The notes under the pieces were generated by a model. That model worked only from the letters and a program-made list of their open reading frames with translations, was not told where the DNA came from and did not search any database. Below are positions 61,781 to 64,000 of a stretch of DNA of 64,000 nucleotides, in pieces. The stretch covers positions 941,933 to 1,005,932 of the forward strand of contig ML996692.1 of the NCBI GenBank assembly GCA_010356995.1, given 5' to 3'. The first letter of the stretch is position 1. Each line of letters begins with the position of its first letter. The translations under genes and the position numbers were made by a program. Source of the DNA: Trichodelitschia bisporula. Taxonomy: Eukaryota.

Positions 61781-64000
61781 ATGCCCAACAAAGCTTCCCC
61801 TCCTTCCTCCGCCCGCTCTCGCAGCGTCTCCTCCGTCGACTCTTCCTCTCGCCGCCCTACAGATCCGCACGACCACGCCCCGCACAACCCCTCCCGCCTG
61901 CGTGAGTCCTATGTCCCATCTCCAAGTCCAGAAGAACACATGACGTCGTGGCCTGGCATGCCCGTCGCCGGCGACACCAACGACGAACCAGAGAGTTCAG
62001 TCTCCTGGCACCGCGACGTGCGCTTCGCCGACGACGGTATCCGCGCACCGGACCATGACCCGTTTGCCGGTCCAGCAGCTTCCCGTGATCCGGCGCATGG
62101 AGACGTACTCGACGCAGGGGAACCGACTGCGCACACCAGGTTGCTCGGTTGTGATAACTGGGACAGGGCGTCGGGCTGTGGCTACTCGGAATGCAACCAT
62201 GGGACGTTTTCGCCGCGCGCTACCTCCCCTCCCGCGATGCGGCCTGGGAGTCACCGGAGCTATGGCAGCTTTGGTGGGCACTATGCGTACGAGGATACTA
62301 GCGCTTCTCAGAGGTTGCTGGGCGATGGAGCTATAGACGGTGACAATGGAGGAAATGGGAGGAAAACCAGCACAGCGTGGTTTCCGGCGAAGAAACATGG
62401 CAGCTCAGAGCAGCGGTGGATGTAAGTATTCCTTTGTGGTTGGAAACGCGAAGCTAACGATCTAGGTACATCGCCTACTACGTGCCGTTCTTTAACTGGA
62501 TCCGCCAGTACAAGTGGATATATCTACGAGGCGACTTCATCGCAGCCCTTACTATGGCGTCTTTCTACATTCCTATGGCCCTGTCCTACGCCGACAACCT
62601 GGGTCATGTTCCGCCGGTCCAGGGCCTGTACAGCTTTGTCTTCAATCCGCTGATATACGCGCTGCTCGGCACGTGTCCGCAGATGGTTGTCGGACCAGAA
62701 GCGGCGGGCTCCCTGCTTACGGGACAAGTTGTAAAAGAGAACATCAACAAGGGGAAGTCAGGAGAGGGCGATGACTCGCGCAATGCGGAGATTGCGGGCA
62801 TGGTGACGTTTATGGCAGGCGGGATGATTTTCATGGCGGGTGTGTTTCGACTAGGGTTTTTGGACAACGTGCTTAGCCGGCCGTTTTTGCGTGGGTTTAT
62901 CAGCGCTATTGGTTTTGTCATCTTTATCGATCAGCTCATTCCTGAGCTGGGGCTGAATTCGCTGGCGGAGCATGTAGGCGGCGTTGCGCATGGGAGCTGC
63001 ATCGACAAGGCGATTTTTGTGATTTCGAACATCAGATACACGCATGGCCTCACGGCGGCCGTGTCCTTTGGCTCCTTTGCCATCATTCTTGTGTGCAGGT
63101 AAAGTGGTCTTCAGTTTCTCCGTCCTTTACTAATTGGTCCAGGGAAATGAAAAAGCGCCTCCAACCTCGCTATCCCTCCGTGGCCTATGTCCCAGACCGC
63201 TTCCTCGTCGTCGTCGGGTCCGCAGTGCTCGCGTGGCACTTCAGCTGGGACCGACACGGCCTCGAAGTCTTCGGCAACATCAAGGCACACGGCACGCCTT
63301 TCCGCGTTCACTTCCCCTTCGGCATAACACACCTGAAGTACGCGTCCGACGCCTTTGGCACGGGCTTCGTGATCGCGCTGCTAGGCTTCTTCGAGTCGAG
63401 TGTTGCGGCTAAGAGCATTGGTTCGCATAGCGGTGACCAGGGCCCGGCTATTAGCAATGTGCATCTGAGCGCGAATCGCGAGCTCGTGGCGCTGGGCGTG
63501 GCGAATATAGTGGGTGGGTTGTTCATGGCGCTGCCGGGCTTCGGCGGGTATGGGCGGAGTAAGGTGAATGCGTCGACGGGGGGGCGGACGCCGATGAGTA
63601 GCGTCATCTTGTCGCTCATATCCATCACGTGCGTGCTGTGGCTGCTGCCGTACTTTTACTACGTCCCGGTACGATTCCCCCTTTCCGCAGTTGATCATTC
63701 CTAACAAGAAGCAGAAAGGCGTCCTCTCCGCCATGATCAGCGTAGTCGCCTACTCCCTCCTCGAAGAAGCCCCCCCAGATGTAGCCTTCTTCATCAAAAT
63801 CCGCGGCTACTCCGAGCTCACCCTCATGACGCTCATCTTCCTCTCCACCGTGCTCTGGAACATCAAAATCGGCATCGCGGTCGGGATTGGCCTCTCTGTC
63901 CTCCGCGTCGTGCGTCATTCCACACGCCCACGCATCCAGATCCTAGGCCGCGTCCCTGGCACCACGGATAGGTTTGAGGATGCAGAGCGCGCGCCTGGCG
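61781..64000 (+). CDS. SulP/SLC26 anion (sulfate) transporter, 3'-truncated by window; exons 61781-62421, 62466-63098, 63143-63668, 63715->64000
   Basis: LRGDFIAALTMASFYIPMALSY, GLYS, VVGPEA, FRLGFLDNVLSRPFLRGFISA, ANRELVALG, GFGGYGRSKVN, RPRIQILGR. Three canonical introns. Confidence 0.95.

Noticed and set aside
1..64000. CRISPR arrays, tRNA, rRNA, intact transposons
   Set aside because: No repeat-spacer periodicity, cloverleaf/T-loop signature, rRNA motif or transposase/RT ORF was recognised; eukaryotic context.

Overview
Gene-dense stretch of a filamentous ascomycete (Pezizomycotina) genome, judged from short GT-AG introns with CTRAC/CTAAY branch points and a medusa gene. Fourteen intact or near-intact protein genes were reconstructed by hand: HFL1/TMEM184, CSF1 (BLTP1), medA, an OPT oligopeptide transporter, a divergent GNA1-like acetyltransferase, a PhyH-family dioxygenase, a Gfo/Idh/MocA oxidoreductase, a peroxisomal MDR reductase, carnitine acetyltransferase, mitochondrial MDH1, a PMP3-family proteolipid, an Nrm1/Whi5-like protein, BMS1 and a SulP transporter running off the window end. 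There is also an interrupted F-box gene, a possible first exon at the left edge, and a 10-N scaffold gap with a duplicated overlap. No tRNA, rRNA, CRISPR array or intact transposon was recognised. Three unexplained signals stand out. (1) Arrays of long, imperfect, mutually unrelated hairpins in intergenic spacers, clearest at 43.06-44.22 kb and 37.38-38.41 kb, including a pre-miRNA-like 47-position stem. (2) A CUG codon in ideal initiation context that opens a spliced 51-aa N-terminal extension of MedA, with a minimal uORF beside it. (3) A compact GNA1-paralog/PhyH/Gfo-Idh-MocA group with shared promoter motifs that may be an undescribed amino-sugar modification or catabolic cluster. All exon structures and folds were read by eye and are not computed.
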